This document shows positions 50,562 to 60,824 of a DNA stretch of 64,000 nt, one piece after another. Source of the DNA: Trichodelitschia bisporula. Taxonomy: Eukaryota. The translations under genes and the position numbers were made by a program. How positions within the stretch are numbered: the stretch's first letter is position 1; each line of letters starts with the position of its first letter. The stretch covers positions 993,803 to 1,057,802 of the forward strand of contig ML996687.1 in assembly GCA_010356995.1 (NCBI GenBank). Direction: 5' to 3'. The notes beneath the pieces were generated by a model. That model was not told the origin of the DNA. It was given only the letters and a program-made list of their open reading frames with translations, and did not search any database.

Positions 50562-53500
50562 TTAACCCCAGGTTCCGCCTCCCCCCCGTCCCTGGCGACG
50601 TTGTGCGCTCAGCCGCCAGTCATCTTCGCCTGCAAAGCGATTATGCAGGGGTTGGATGCGCTCAGCCTTCTTACGCTTGCTCAAGCGATCGTTCGGGGCG
50701 ACACGGAAGAAGGTTGGCGCCGCCTCTACGAGCCACCTGGGCTCAATGGCAGTGACATTGTGCATATACTCCTTGGTCGTTTCCACGAGTGAGTGGTAGA
50801 TAACGTGCTCGGCCGGCTTGCCGAAGAGAGCTGATGAAGGATGCATGTACACTGGGGTACCTTCAACAAGCGTCGTGAAGTTGCCCTCTGGGCTCTTTCG
50901 TGCTGCGTTGCGGAAGAAACCCGAGCATAGTGCCTGGCGCACCTTGGTCGTGTCCCGTCCACAAGATGCAACGCGCAGCCGATGCCGTTCAAAAATTCCT
51001 AGCAGTTGCTGCCGCACATCCTGCACCCGCTTCATGGCCCGCGGCTGGATGAAGTTCTCGTAGCACCACGGGGTGCTGAATTTGCTCATCTTCCAAGCAT
51101 TGTACACATTCAGCAATGTCAAATGATCGCCATGCTGATCGTGGAATTTTGCCTTTTTCTGATCGGCTTGCTGCTGCTTTTCCTTTGGCCGATGAAAGAC
51201 GGTCTGAGTTGCTGAGATCATGGCCACTATGGTGAGCATCTCGTCCGCACAGTCAAACTGAACAGATATGATAAGCGCTTTGGCCAATGAAGGATCCATG
51301 GGGAAATCGGCCATTTGCCGACCTAAACGGGTAAGGAGACCCTCTTCATCCAGTGCTGACAGTGCATAGAGCTCTTCCAAAGCGGTGAGGGTCGTATTGG
51401 TTGGAGGAGGGTCCATAAAGTCGAAATGCAGCAAATCGTTGATTCCCATGGCCTTGAGCATCAAGATTGTGTGCGACAGATTCTGACGCTGAATCTCCGG
51501 AATGGTGGTCGGAAGCATTTCGGATTGGAAGGCCGTTTCAGTGTACAGACGGAAACACTTGCCAGGTCCAGTTCTCCCAGCCCTGCCCGCTCTCTGCTTC
51601 GCCTGTGCCTGCGATATTGGCGTCACCTGTAAGCGGTCCATACCGAGTTTTGAATCGTATGCGGTCTGCTTAACAAAGCCAGGATCTACGACGTAATAGA
51701 TACCATCGATAGTAATGGAAGTCTCGGCAATGTTGGTTGCAATAACGACCTTTCGACTTCCCGGAGGCGCTGGGTCGAAGATGCGGCTGGCTACTTCGCT
51801 TGGAAGGGCGCCATAGATAGGCAAAATCATGAGCTCTGGGACGGCTGGCCCAAGCGCCTTCATCCGTTCATGTAGAATTTCGCAGCTCGTGTCGATCTCC
51901 TCCTTACCCGTCAAGAACAGCAAAATGTCACCAGGAGGTTCGGTAAGATGGATTTGCATGACGGTGGTAAGGGCTGAATCGAGGTAGTCCGACTCCGGCT
52001 CCCGGGAGTACATGATCTCGACCGGGTACGTTCGGCCCGGAATGGAAAAAATTGGACATTGGTTGAAGTACTCAGAGAACTTATCAGCATCAAGCGTAGC
52101 CGACGTAACGATAAGCTTCATATCGGGTCGCCTTTTCAGCGTCTTCTTGAGCAAGCCGAACAAAACGTCCGTAGCAATCGTTCTCTCGTGAGCTTCGTCC
52201 AACATGATGACCGAATACTTGTTCAGCATTGGATCGAGGAGAATCTCGCGCTGAAGGATGCCGTCCGTCATGTACTTGATCTTGGTGTCCGGAGTGGTGC
52301 AGTCCTCGAAGCGGATGGTATAGCCGACCTCATGGCCTAGTTTGCAGCCAACTTCGTCTGCCACACGCTGAGCAACTGACATGGCCGCAACACGACGAGG
52401 CTGCGTGCAGCCAATCATGCCCTCATTGGCATACCCATCTTCAGCGAGGTATTGCGTAAGCTGTGTCGTCTTTCCTGAGCCAGTATCACCAACAACGATA
52501 AGAAGCTGATTTGCCCTGACGGCTTCGAGGAGTTGCTTGCGGAACTTGAATACGGGAAGGCTTTCACGCTGGTCTTTAATGCTCATGTTTGTTCGCTTGC
52601 CAGTTGATGGCTCCTTGCCTTGCATGATGCGCTTCCACTCTGGGAGAGGCTCGTTGCTTTGCGCGGCTTGGGCATTCCGCAAACCCGACGCAAACTGACG
52701 TTGCTCGGGTGCTACGAGGGGATCTTGCCATTGGGCATTAAGATCGACCTGAGCGGCGCGCTGAGCTGCCTTGTCCTGAGCTTCTTGTTGCCGTAGGTCT
52801 CTGCGCTCTTTGGCAAGCGATTCGCCTGCGATCGCAGCGCGGTTGAGAGATCCATCCGGGGCCTTGACCACGCGGATCGGAGACAGTTCGAGCGACTGTT
52901 TGGTCTGACCTGCAAGGAAAGGCGGCTCCTCCTCGCGAACCTCGATGTCGACATCCTCCTCTTCTTCGATTTCACCATGTCCATTGAGGGCGGCGGTAAA
53001 GTCATCGTCGATGTCGGGGTGATCCTCTCGGGAGATTGCTCCAGATGCGATCAGCTGTTTGATCTCCCACCTCTCGGGGGACGTAAGCCGCTTTCTCTGG
53101 CGTCCAGAATTCTTGAAGCCGTCTTCGATGACCGGAACATCGGAAATGGGGTCCCCAAACCGTCCGTTGGATGCCCCACCCAGGCCTTCTCCATTTGCGC
53201 CAGTGCCAATTCTGAGCTGTGGAGCAAGATCTCTACCGGTGACCTGGTCTACTTCCTTCATGGAGAGGCTGATGCGGGTACCCTCGATCTTGATAACCTT
53301 GACTTTTACTTCCTGGTTTCGAGACACCAAATCCGAAGGATGATTCACTCTCGCCCCCTCTTGCATGGCCGTGACATGAACCAGTCCGTCAATTTTGTCT
53401 CGTACGCCTTGGAGATTGACAAAAACGCCAAAATCTTTCACCCCTGTGACCCTGCCACTATAGACCTTGAAAAGGACGGGGGCATCGTCGATCTCCGGCG

Positions 53501-54224
53501 TAGGTGGTCGACGAAACTCGTCCTCGCTATCGCTCCGCCTTCGCCGTGTCTTCCGGCTCTTTCTTCCCCCGTCCTCGTCTCTTTCTCTTCTCACTGTCTT
53601 CGTTCTCCCAAAGTCGTCCTCGAAAATGTAATCATCGTTCCTCGAACCCTTCCCGTTCCGGCGCGGACTGCGTTCCCGATTGCGTGATTCGCTTCTGTAT
53701 CGCTTATGCGGACGTCCTCGAGACTCATCATACGGGCTACGACTCCGCTTTCGAGCTGTGGTGTCCACCTTCGTCATGGGAGGAGGTGCCGACTTCCCGG
53801 CCAAACTCTCCAGCATGGCAAAGGTGTCATCCAGTACGTCCATCTTGGGATCATCAAGGGGCACTGGGTCTGCATCCGGAATAGCCAGTCCACGAAAAAC
53901 CTTAGCCTTGCGTGCAGTCTCGTCATCTCTTTCCTCCCTGACGCGCGCCATATCCTCGTGTACAGCTTTCTCGCTCTTCCCTTTGTCCTTGTAAGCCGGA
54001 TGCATGGTCCATACCAAGCGGTCGATACTCTGGACCAAGCTGCGCGGAAACTCGGCTCCCATGGCATCCAGGGCGGCTTGGAACGCGTCGAGACTGTCGC
54101 ATTTCGCGTGCTGGGCAATGATGAATTCCGCGAGGGTTTTGTCCGTAATGCCGAGATGGTTCTGGAGTTCCGAGGTTACTTTGGTCACCAGAGAGAGGAG
54201 CTCTAGAGATGCAAGATCGTCCAT
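50562..54224 (-). CDS. PRP22: DEAH-box helicase Prp22/DHX8, intronless
   Basis: MDDLASLELLSLV start, S1 domain, SPERWEIKQL, GDTGSGKTTQ, DEAH, SAT, QRAGRAGR. Confidence 0.97.
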   Translation of the reverse strand: MDDLASLELLSLVTKVTSELQNHLGITDKTLAEFIIAQHAKCDSLDAFQAALDAMGAEFPRSLVQSIDRLVWTMHPAYKDKGKSEKAVHEDMARVREERDDETARKAKVFRGLAIPDADPVPLDDPKMDVLDDTFAMLESLAGKSAPPPMTKVDTTARKRSRSPYDESRGRPHKRYRSESRNRERSPRRNGKGSRNDDYIFEDDFGRTKTVRRERDEDGGRKSRKTRRRRSDSEDEFRRPPTPEIDDAPVLFKVYSGRVTGVKDFGVFVNLQGVRDKIDGLVHVTAMQEGARVNHPSDLVSRNQEVKVKVIKIEGTRISLSMKEVDQVTGRDLAPQLRIGTGANGEGLGGASNGRFGDPISDVPVIEDGFKNSGRQRKRLTSPERWEIKQLIASGAISREDHPDIDDDFTAALNGHGEIEEEEDVDIEVREEEPPFLAGQTKQSLELSPIRVVKAPDGSLNRAAIAGESLAKERRDLRQQEAQDKAAQRAAQVDLNAQWQDPLVAPEQRQFASGLRNAQAAQSNEPLPEWKRIMQGKEPSTGKRTNMSIKDQRESLPVFKFRKQLLEAVRANQLLIVVGDTGSGKTTQLTQYLAEDGYANEGMIGCTQPRRVAAMSVAQRVADEVGCKLGHEVGYTIRFEDCTTPDTKIKYMTDGILQREILLDPMLNKYSVIMLDEAHERTIATDVLFGLLKKTLKRRPDMKLIVTSATLDADKFSEYFNQCPIFSIPGRTYPVEIMYSREPESDYLDSALTTVMQIHLTEPPGDILLFLTGKEEIDTSCEILHERMKALGPAVPELMILPIYGALPSEVASRIFDPAPPGSRKVVIATNIAETSITIDGIYYVVDPGFVKQTAYDSKLGMDRLQVTPISQAQAKQRAGRAGRTGPGKCFRLYTETAFQSEMLPTTIPEIQRQNLSHTILMLKAMGINDLLHFDFMDPPPTNTTLTALEELYALSALDEEGLLTRLGRQMADFPMDPSLAKALIISVQFDCADEMLTIVAMISATQTVFHRPKEKQQQADQKKAKFHDQHGDHLTLLNVYNAWKMSKFSTPWCYENFIQPRAMKRVQDVRQQLLGIFERHRLRVASCGRDTTKVRQALCSGFFRNAARKSPEGNFTTLVEGTPVYMHPSSALFGKPAEHVIYHSLVETTKEYMHNVTAIEPRWLVEAAPTFFRVAPNDRLSKRKKAERIQPLHNRFAGEDDWRLSAQRRQGRGGGGTWG

Positions 54225-54754
54225 GGTGGAGTATGCGCCCGTGGGGCTCGCAAATCGGATTGCAAGCGCGAAGGTCGATGGCAAAAGTCCCCTGTTGCCC
54301 GAAGCTCGCGAAGCACGGCGAAAGGTCCTCGGTACTCGGTGAAACTTTGCTCCAGTTGACCTCGTCAAGCAGGCGTCTCGACAAAAGAGCTTTCTCGGGT
54401 CAAATTGAAGCTTCGGTGCTGATGTGCACAAATGGAGATACAGTATTCTTTGGCTTATAGGGGAAACAAAGTGGTGTACACAAAGGTGAAATGCATTTGA
54501 AATCGCCTGTTTAAGATTGAGAGTGTTCCACTGTTCTGTGCTGTACTCGTACAGTAACCGGGCAGCAGATGCTCTAATCCGTACTGATGACTGAACAGAT
54601 ACCTTTCCAACTTTACTACGCCAATCTAGCGGTGAACTGGGCATCAGTTGGGTAACAACTTTCCATCAATTGAAGAAATTTTGAGAGGCGCAAAAAGTGG
54701 AACAAAAGGCGGTTTGATGAAGGAGCAGAACTGCAAAATAGCAGTTGCGGCCGA

Positions 54755-54846
54755 GATTCGAACACCAGAGCCGCTGAATCCCCTGCCTCGCCAAGCCCCC
54801 AAAGGCGGCCAAGCGCGGGGCAAAGTTGGGTATGAGTGTTCGAATC
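54755..54846. promoter_or_regulatory. Inverted pair of B-box-like motifs (GTGTTCGAATC) in the PRP22/BRF1 divergent promoter
   Basis: GATTCGAACAC at 54755-54765 and GTGTTCGAATC at 54836-54846; both fit GTTCRANNC. Confidence 0.5.
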
Positions 54847-55117
54847 GTCCCCAACTCGACCAAAAATTCAACCTCACGCAGCACCACGTCACCTCTCCTC
54901 ACCCACTTCCCTCATCACATTCACCTCTCCCAATCAACCTTCATTCAACATCAGCCTCCCCGTTTCCCATAATTCACTTGCATTGAAGCCTTTTGGAGTC
55001 CTACATTCCAGGCTCGCCTTCGACATTCTTTCACTTGAAGAAAGCCTCCAAGAAGCTCAGACTAAACTTAACCGTCTCCGAATACCTCCACAAAACTTTG
55101 CACCACCATATCCGATA

Positions 55118-57580
55118 ATGTCCGGGCCGAACCCAATATCACGGCCTCGGCCGCTTCGTGAGCGAATTGGTGGTCTCAGGAGCTCTCCCAGCCTTAGAGG
55201 TTCACCCGCTCCTGCTCCTCCAGTGAGTCTTATCACTGCTGTCGCCGCACGCCGCAAGGCAGCTCGTACATGCCCGAACTGTTCGACTCCAGACATCGGC
55301 GAACTTGAAGGCCAGGTAGTGTGTTTGAACTGTGGTGCTATCATCAGTGACTCTGTCATCGTCAACGAGATCGCCTTCGATGAAGCACCGTCTGGAGCTG
55401 CCCATGTCCAAGGAACAACTGTTCATGATGGCCAGCGCGGTGCCAGGTCGGTAGCTGTCGGCTTTCGGAGAGGGGGACGGTCGAGTGAGGAAACGGCAGA
55501 GAACGCTCTTCGCATCGGTAAGTGTTAGCCCGATGTCATCCCTGATTTACGCGCTCACGAGTACCAGGCAAGGAGGAAATCACTCGTCTGGCTAATGCTC
55601 TCCACATCAACGGAATGGTTGAGAAGGCTTACATGCTCTACCAAATTGCCCGCATCCATCAGTTCCAGCGGCCGATTAAAGAGAATGCCGCCATCTGTCT
55701 CTATGTTTCCTGCAGACAAACCAAGGGTAATACGACTATGCTCATTGACTTTGCCGAGCAAATTCGGGTCAGTTATCCCTATGAATCCGTTTAAATTTTG
55801 ACGCTAACATTGCTAGCAAAACGTATATGACTTGGGTGCCACATACAAGAGTTTCATCAAGGCCGTATCTCTCGAAGATGAGCTCGATCCTATCCCTATC
55901 ATCGAAATTGAGCCCCTACTCCTGAAGTACGCGAAACGATTGGAGTTCGGCGATGCAACTCGGCAAGTGGCTGCCGACGCCGCTTCCATTCTCGCCCGTA
56001 TGGACCGCGACTGGATGGTTACCGGACGTCAGCCCTTCGCCCTTTGCGGCGCATGCTTGATTCTGGCGGCCCGCATGAACAACTTCCGCCGTTCAATCCG
56101 CGAAGTCGTTTTCATTGTCCGTGCCGGCGATGTCACCATCTTGAAGCGTCTCAAAGAATTCCAACGTACCACTGCAGGGCGCTTGACCGTCCAACAGTTT
56201 CGCGACGTTGGCTTGCGTCTCAAAGAGCAAGCTGATCCGCCTTGCTTTACGGAGAAGCGTTACAAGAATATGCGGAAGCGCAAGCGGGGTGTTGCCATGT
56301 TTGACGTGGGCACGTCTACTCGCGATGCCACCGTCGACCTCACTGGATCTTCGACTTCCGGATCTCCGGCTCCTAGGCGCGATGCGGACGGGTTCGTAAT
56401 ACCAGATGTGCCAATTGATCCATCTCTTGTCTCCCCGGCAAATAATGCTGAGGCAGAAAACAGAGCACCTACTGCGCAAATGGCAACTCGCGTGTCTACC
56501 AAAGGTTCTAGAACTTCCAAGGGTACCACTCCAGACGGGAGCCCGGAAGTCGCAACTCCAGAGGAACAAATGGACGAGGTGCTTGAGGAAATCGAAGGAC
56601 CATCGACTAAGAAGCGGCGTACGCGCAAGAAGGAGAAGCCGGATCCCCTAGTTATCCAAGCGGAAGACCTTCTAGATGATAATGAACTCGGCGAGCTCGA
56701 AGCGCAAATTAGCCAGATCGTTGACCGACACATTACTGAAGACGCCTACATCCTTTCGGAAGCGCGAGCCAAGGCTCTTGCCGACGCGGAAAAGGCTAAA
56801 GTGGCGGTCGACTCCCGAAGAAGGAAGGTTCGCCACACTGAGGAAATCGACCCAGAAGAGTTCGACGACGATCCTGAGGTGAACAATTGCTTACTCAATG
56901 AGCGCGAAGCCGAAGTCAAGGAGCGCATCTGGGTGACTTCGAACTGGGAATGGCTGCGCGAGCAGCAAGCCAAGGCACTTGCTGCGCAACTGGACGAGGC
57001 GAAGGGCAAGAAGAAGAAGACGCCGGGCACAAGCCGCAGACGTCTTAAGGATGACAATGACCAGGAACCCGCGGCGACGCCTGCTGAGGCTAGTCGTCGT
57101 ATGTTGGAAAAGCGCAGCTACCGCGCGGCTTTCAGCAAACATCTAAACTATGACAAGCTTATGAAGATCTATGGGCGGGACGAGGGCGACGACGATGACA
57201 ACGACGACAACGACGACAATGCTAGTCGGGCCACGAGCCCTGCACAGACGGTGGATGGGAGCGTTGAGCCCGAATCTGCTCCGGAAAGATTCCAGATCAC
57301 TCGGACAAAAAAGCCGCAGCAGCAGCTTCCAACTCCCGCGACGACCCAAGAAGCATCTCGGGTAGTGGACCGCGACGAGGTGGTAGAGGAGGAAGATGCT
57401 GACATAGGAGCACCAAACAACACCGGAGGAGAAGTCGAGATTCTGGAAGAGCTCAGCGACCTTGACGACGAGGCTGAGCCGGGAGTAGACGATACCATGT
57501 TGGATGATGATGATATGGAAGATGCATTTGAATCCGAGGATGAGGTGTATGATGATGAGGATGGTGAGGAGTTCGGCTAG
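55118..57580 (+). CDS. BRF1: TFIIIB subunit Brf1 (2 introns)
   Basis: Zn ribbon CPNC..CLNCG, cyclin folds, RMDRDWMVTGRQP..GACLILAARMNNFRR, DDDPEVNNCLL..KERIW, FSKHLNY. Confidence 0.95.
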
Positions 57581-57820
57581 GCTTGCACTTGGGCTGCGTT
57601 TGGAGCATCAAGGCGGCCTAAGCTACGGCTAGATAGACATTTGCATCTCAGTCTTATATGCTGCTCAATAACAGAAGTCGCTGTGCATGTCTACGGCCCA
57701 GTCTATCACTAACGATGCGCGAGCGTTCCAACCCTGTCACTACGAGCTTTTTAGTTAACAGGCCGTGCGGGCCACCCTCAGCTTGCTAAATGAAGTCACA
57801 TGCGAGTAAGTTGACCGCCT

Positions 57821-59653
57821 TCACTTTTCAATCTTTAGTCCCTTCACGCCCTGCGACACTTCACCAAAAGCCGGCAACGAGGCCGCCCCGGCTCCCTCGG
57901 CAACCGCCTTCTTCGCTTCAGTCGGCGCTTTTACGCCCGCCTTGGCCTTTGCCTTGGTGCTGGTGCTGTCCTTCGGCAGCTCACGCACCCAGGGGAGGAA
58001 CTCGGGTTGGCCGGGGATGTACTTCCGCAGCACTTCGGGCACAATCATACCGTCCGGCGTCTGGTAGTTCTCCATGATGCAGCACAGGCACCGCTCTGTG
58101 GCCGTCAACGTAGAGTTGAGCGCGTGCACATACTCCTTACGCGCGGAAGTCTGCTTCTTGATACCGAAGCGGATTTCGAGCTCGCGCGTCTGGTAGTCTG
58201 TGCAATTCGAGCACGATACAAGTTCCTTGTACTCGCCCTGGAAGGGGAACCATGCTTCAAGATCGTACCTATTCCAGTTTAGCGATGTGAAACTATCGAC
58301 TCAGGGGGGTTCTCACTTCTTGGCTGCCGCGTTATTCAAGGCTCCCGAAACGATTGCCACTACGCGATATGGCAGCCCAAGGGACTTGTAGAACTCCTCG
58401 CTGACATTGATCATGTCCTCGAAAGCTTCCCATGACTTCTCGGGGTGCGTAAGGAGGAATTGCTCAATCTAAAGCTGGTCAGCTAAGGTCCTGCATCACG
58501 CCACAGCACTTACCTTTTCGAACTGATGTATGCGGAAGATGCCCCACGCGTCCTTCCCGTGAGACCCTGCCTCTTTCCGAAAGCAGGTGCTATAGCCGGC
58601 ATACTTGACGGGGAGATCAGCCACTTGTAGCCACTCGTCCGAGTGCTTCAAAAGGTCAGCAAACGTTCATAGCACGGATAAGGTGAACCTCACTAAGGCT
58701 GAGAGGGGCTGTTCACTCGTGGCAATCAAGTACTTGTCCGACGTCGGATCGTTGTCGTCCTCCGTGACTTTGTAAAGCTCTTCGTCAAACTGCTCCAGTT
58801 GCGCTGTCTTCGCCATCTGGTCTCGTAACATCATGTAAGGTGGGGCGTTGGGCTGGTATCCTTTATTGTAAAGGAACTCGAGGCCGTAGTTGACAAGCGC
58901 CACTCCGTTGGTCAGTACGTTCGAGATAGCGGTTAGGAAAGCTTACAATTGAGAAAGAGTCCCATTCCCGTCAAGCAATAGCCACGATGTCCCACAACTT
59001 TCACACCACGTTCCGAGTCGTAACCGCCGAGACGATGAAGAACCTCATGATGTGACAAGCAGTCCTTCTTCTCCACTGTCACGCCCTCAGGAACCCATTT
59101 GCGGATAACCGCGTTGTCGTCTTCGGTCAAGCTGCACGGCCTGTTTCAGCACACATCTTATGGATGGGGTCAATTTTCACTAGTTACCTGAATGGGACAG
59201 AGTCATGGACGTAGTTTCCGACGGTTTTCGCCTTTGAGTGAAGAAGCTTGAGCTTCTCATGCGCGACGTCCTCCTGCGCCTTCTTTTGATTCGTAAGCTC
59301 CTCCTTCTCTTTCAGCAAGTCGTCTGCATCCTGCTTAGCCTAAGGAAGTCGTAGAGTCAGTGGATAGCGGCAAGTGAGACCTCGACAGGCGGACCTTTTT
59401 CTTCTGGCCAATTTGCTTCTGGATTTCGTTGATCTTGCTACCGATTTGTGTGGCGGCGTATTGCGCTGAATGTCAGGATTAGCCTTTTCTTATACCTCGG
59501 GGCTACAGGTGCAAACAAACTTCTCCTATGGTCCTCGAACATCTCAATGATCTGGTCTACAATCTCGACAGGAGCCCCGCGTCGGCGCTGCGACTCCCGG
59601 ATCTTCTCCGGGTTGCCACCACGCTCGACGATGAAGTCCTGGATTTCAATCAT
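57821..59653 (-). CDS. SES1: Cytosolic seryl-tRNA synthetase (about 7 introns)
   Basis: [83 protein letters not shown]. Confidence 0.97.
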
Positions 59654-59768
59654 GATGAAAATAAGGTCGGACGGCTGGTATGAGAGAACTGAGGTATGTT
59701 GTAGGGAGCGGAATGGGAGGACGCGAGGAGGTACGATGTACTTGAGGTGTCTGGAGGGGCAGTTCGGT

Positions 59769-59775
59769 TGACTCA
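59769..59775. promoter_or_regulatory. Gcn4/CpcA site TGACTCA upstream of SerRS
   Basis: Exact consensus about 116 bp upstream of the ATG. Confidence 0.6.
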
Positions 59776-60263
59776 GCCCTGGCTTCGCAGCCCCTCGGTT
59801 GAAAGCGCCACATCCACGCCACCTTAGGTGCGCCACGGCTGAAACCTCATGCGCCAGCTCTCGAGTTTGCTCTGCTTTTTGAAAAACCTAAAACATCTCT
59901 CATCACGCATGCTTTTTGGTGCTATCTCTCATCCGGCCTTATACGGAGATTGTTGCAGTTTGCATTTCATTTAGGTCATCAGCCGTCCTAATGACGGACC
60001 AGTCGTAGCCAATTTAAGGCGACTATTCCAGCAGCATTCCGAGAACTCTTTCACTTTAGCATTCCATTGTATTCGAAAGCATTATTTCCAACCTCACGAT
60101 CATCCTGCGAGTCATTTCAGCCTGCTCTTAGAAGATATCTTCTCGTACCTCGCCCAACAGCTGAATCCTCGACTCATCAACTATCTCATCAACTGTCCCA
60201 TAGGACTTAATGTTTGAACCGACAGCAGCCCAGCACTCTTTGGTGACGTTCGGTGACCCCATT

Positions 60264-60284
60264 AATAATAATAATAATAATAAT
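60264..60284. repeat. (AAT)7 microsatellite
   Basis: Seen directly in the sequence. Confidence 0.9.
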
Positions 60285-60296
60285 AGCTTAATTACG

Positions 60297-60545
60297 CCCA
60301 GGCTTGTTTTAGCTAGCCGTATGGTCGGGTCTCACCACTTTCGGAGTGGGTTTGACCGATTTCTTTGGTTCTACACGGCAAAAACCCTCCCTGGAAGGGT
60401 TGAGGAGAAGCCCTGGAAGTCGTCCTTTGGAGAGGGGCATGTGAGCCCCACGCCTTTTACATGTGTTTATCGTCTTTTCTTTGCACCATTCTTGTGTGTC
60501 CCAAGCGAGAACTTGGCTGCACGCCGAGAAACTGAGAAACACTCC
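60297..60545 (+). ncRNA. Candidate structured non-coding RNA, family unassigned (H/ACA-like 3' end)
   Basis: Several adjacent hairpins containing + strand G-U pairs; terminal hairpin followed by ACA at 60539-60541. Confidence 0.4.
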
Positions 60546-60824
60546 ATATCCCAATTAAACCCCAATTCGGTCACCCCATTCGCACGGGTTCTCGGATAAT
60601 TTGGAATCAACCAGCGAGGCAATGAGCATTACGCGATGCGAATACAAATCTAAGAAAAAGAGGATCGAGCCGGCAACAGGTGAAGAGCTTTTGGAACTCG
60701 TAAGCCTCTATATCCACACTAGTACGCCATAGCCATCATGGAACCATGGCCACACTAATTTAAACGAACTCGTCCCGCTTCGCTTGGTATCGCTCAATTC
60801 TCCCCTCACTGCCTAAATATGTAC

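Noticed and set aside
54740..54860. tRNA gene suggested by GTTCGAATC
   Set aside because: No cloverleaf, acceptor stem or properly spaced A-box; kept only as B-box-like sites.
60452..60460. GCCTTTTAC matching U5 snRNA loop I
   Set aside because: No extended flanking stem, internal-loop motifs or downstream Sm site.
60210..60599. 129-aa ORF with poly-Asn
   Set aside because: Poly-N comes from the AAT microsatellite; the remainder is not protein-like and is better explained as structured non-coding sequence.
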